DNA from: Octopus vulgaris
Taxonomy: Eukaryota
Assembly (NCBI GenBank): GCA_951406725.2
Contig: OX597838.1
Span: 27,404,001-27,468,000 of the forward strand
Length of the DNA stretch: 64,000 nucleotides
Direction of reading: 5' to 3'
In this document: positions 62,999 to 64,000 of the stretch, one piece after another
Layout of the letters: every line of letters starts with the position of its first letter
How positions within the stretch are numbered: the first letter of the stretch is position 1
Position numbers and translations under genes: made by a program
Notes under the pieces: model-generated
The model's database searches: none
What the model was told of the DNA's origin: nothing
What the model saw: the letters and a program-made list of their open reading frames with translations, nothing else

Positions 62999-63404
62999 CA
63001 TTATTATTATTACTATTATTATTATTATTATTATTATCATTATTATCATCATCATCATTATTATTATTATTATTACCACCATGGGAGCAAGGCTTGAAAT
63101 TTTGAGAGGAGGCAGTAGTCGATTATATGAGAACCCCAGCACTCAACTGATACTTGTTTTTATTGACTCTAAAAAGACGAAAGGCAAAGTCAGCCTCAGT
63201 GAAATTTGAACTCAGAATGCAAACACAGAAGAAATGCTGTTAAGCATTCTTCCTCTCTTAATAATAATAATAATAATATTAATGATGATGATGATAGCAA
63301 TAATAATAATAATAATAATAATGATAATAATAATAATAATATGAATGATAATAATGATGATGATGATAGTAATAATAATAATATTAATGATAATAATGAT
63401 GATG

Positions 63405-63444
<40 letters not shown>

Positions 63445-63536
63445 TGATGATAGTAATAATAATAATGATGATGATAGTAATAATAATAATGATGATGATA
63501 GTAATAATAATAATAATAATGATAATAATGATGATG

Positions 63537-63570
<34 letters not shown>

Positions 63571-63660
63571 TGTTTCAAATTTTGGCACATAGCTTGTAAT
63601 TTCAGGGGAGTGTTAGTTGATTGCCTCAACACCAATATATGACTGGTACATTTTTCTTAT
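62605..63660. repeat. (ATT/ATC)n and (AAT/GAT)n tracts with family-2 SINEs at about 62688-62900 (+) and 63080-63250 (-)
   Basis: ggcagcgagctggcagagttgttagc...gagttcaaattctgccgagg on +; ggcaaagtcagcctcagtgaaatttgaactcag (reverse orientation) downstream. Confidence 0.85.
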
Positions 63661-64000
63661 CGACATTAGATGGACAGTTTATAATTATCGTGTGTGTGTG
63701 TGTGGGGGGTACATAAAAAAAAAAGATGAAAGGGATGATGAGGTGAGATGAGATAAAAAGAATGCATCGTGTACAACATATGTAATCACATAGATGATGT
63801 GGGAATGCCTCCAATTAGGGGCCAGTGATAAAAACTCTCAAATCCAGTATCACCTTGACCACCCAGGGTTTCGAGTTCTCACTCAACTGTTCTCGAGTCC
63901 ACAGGCACATGCTTAGACTAGTTCCATTCATCTTGACCGTTTTTTTTTGCTAGACCCACCCCTACCTTTTGATAAACTCCCTGGAGGAGAGCACTTTGCT

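Overview
AT-rich, repeat-saturated eukaryotic DNA. The SINE families, very long (TA/TG/CA)n, (AAT)n and (ACT)n microsatellites and CpG depletion point to a coleoid cephalopod, most likely Octopus (inferred from recognised repeat families, not from a search). No intact protein-coding gene, tRNA/rRNA gene or CRISPR array is supportable; almost every ORF in the track is a microsatellite or SINE artefact. The window looks like the inside of a very long intron or 5'UTR region, probably on the + strand. It contains four SINE-like families (many nested), RTE-clade LINE 3' relics, Tc1/mariner relics, hAT/Charlie-type MITEs and TTAA-specific piggyBac-type MITEs. Main signals: (1) a TSD-bounded retroposon at 34053-34312 joining a tRNA-derived head to a minimal Penelope-type hammerhead ribozyme, with a second hammerhead of different sequence but identical architecture at 61145-61179; (2) an AG|GTAAG recursive-splice-like site with a 64-nt RS-exon at 31564-31627; (3) five TTAA MITEs from two dissimilar families, all exactly 221 bp; (4) an 85-bp perfect duplication around a SINE; (5) several fold-back or templated inverted duplications that would form long dsRNA.
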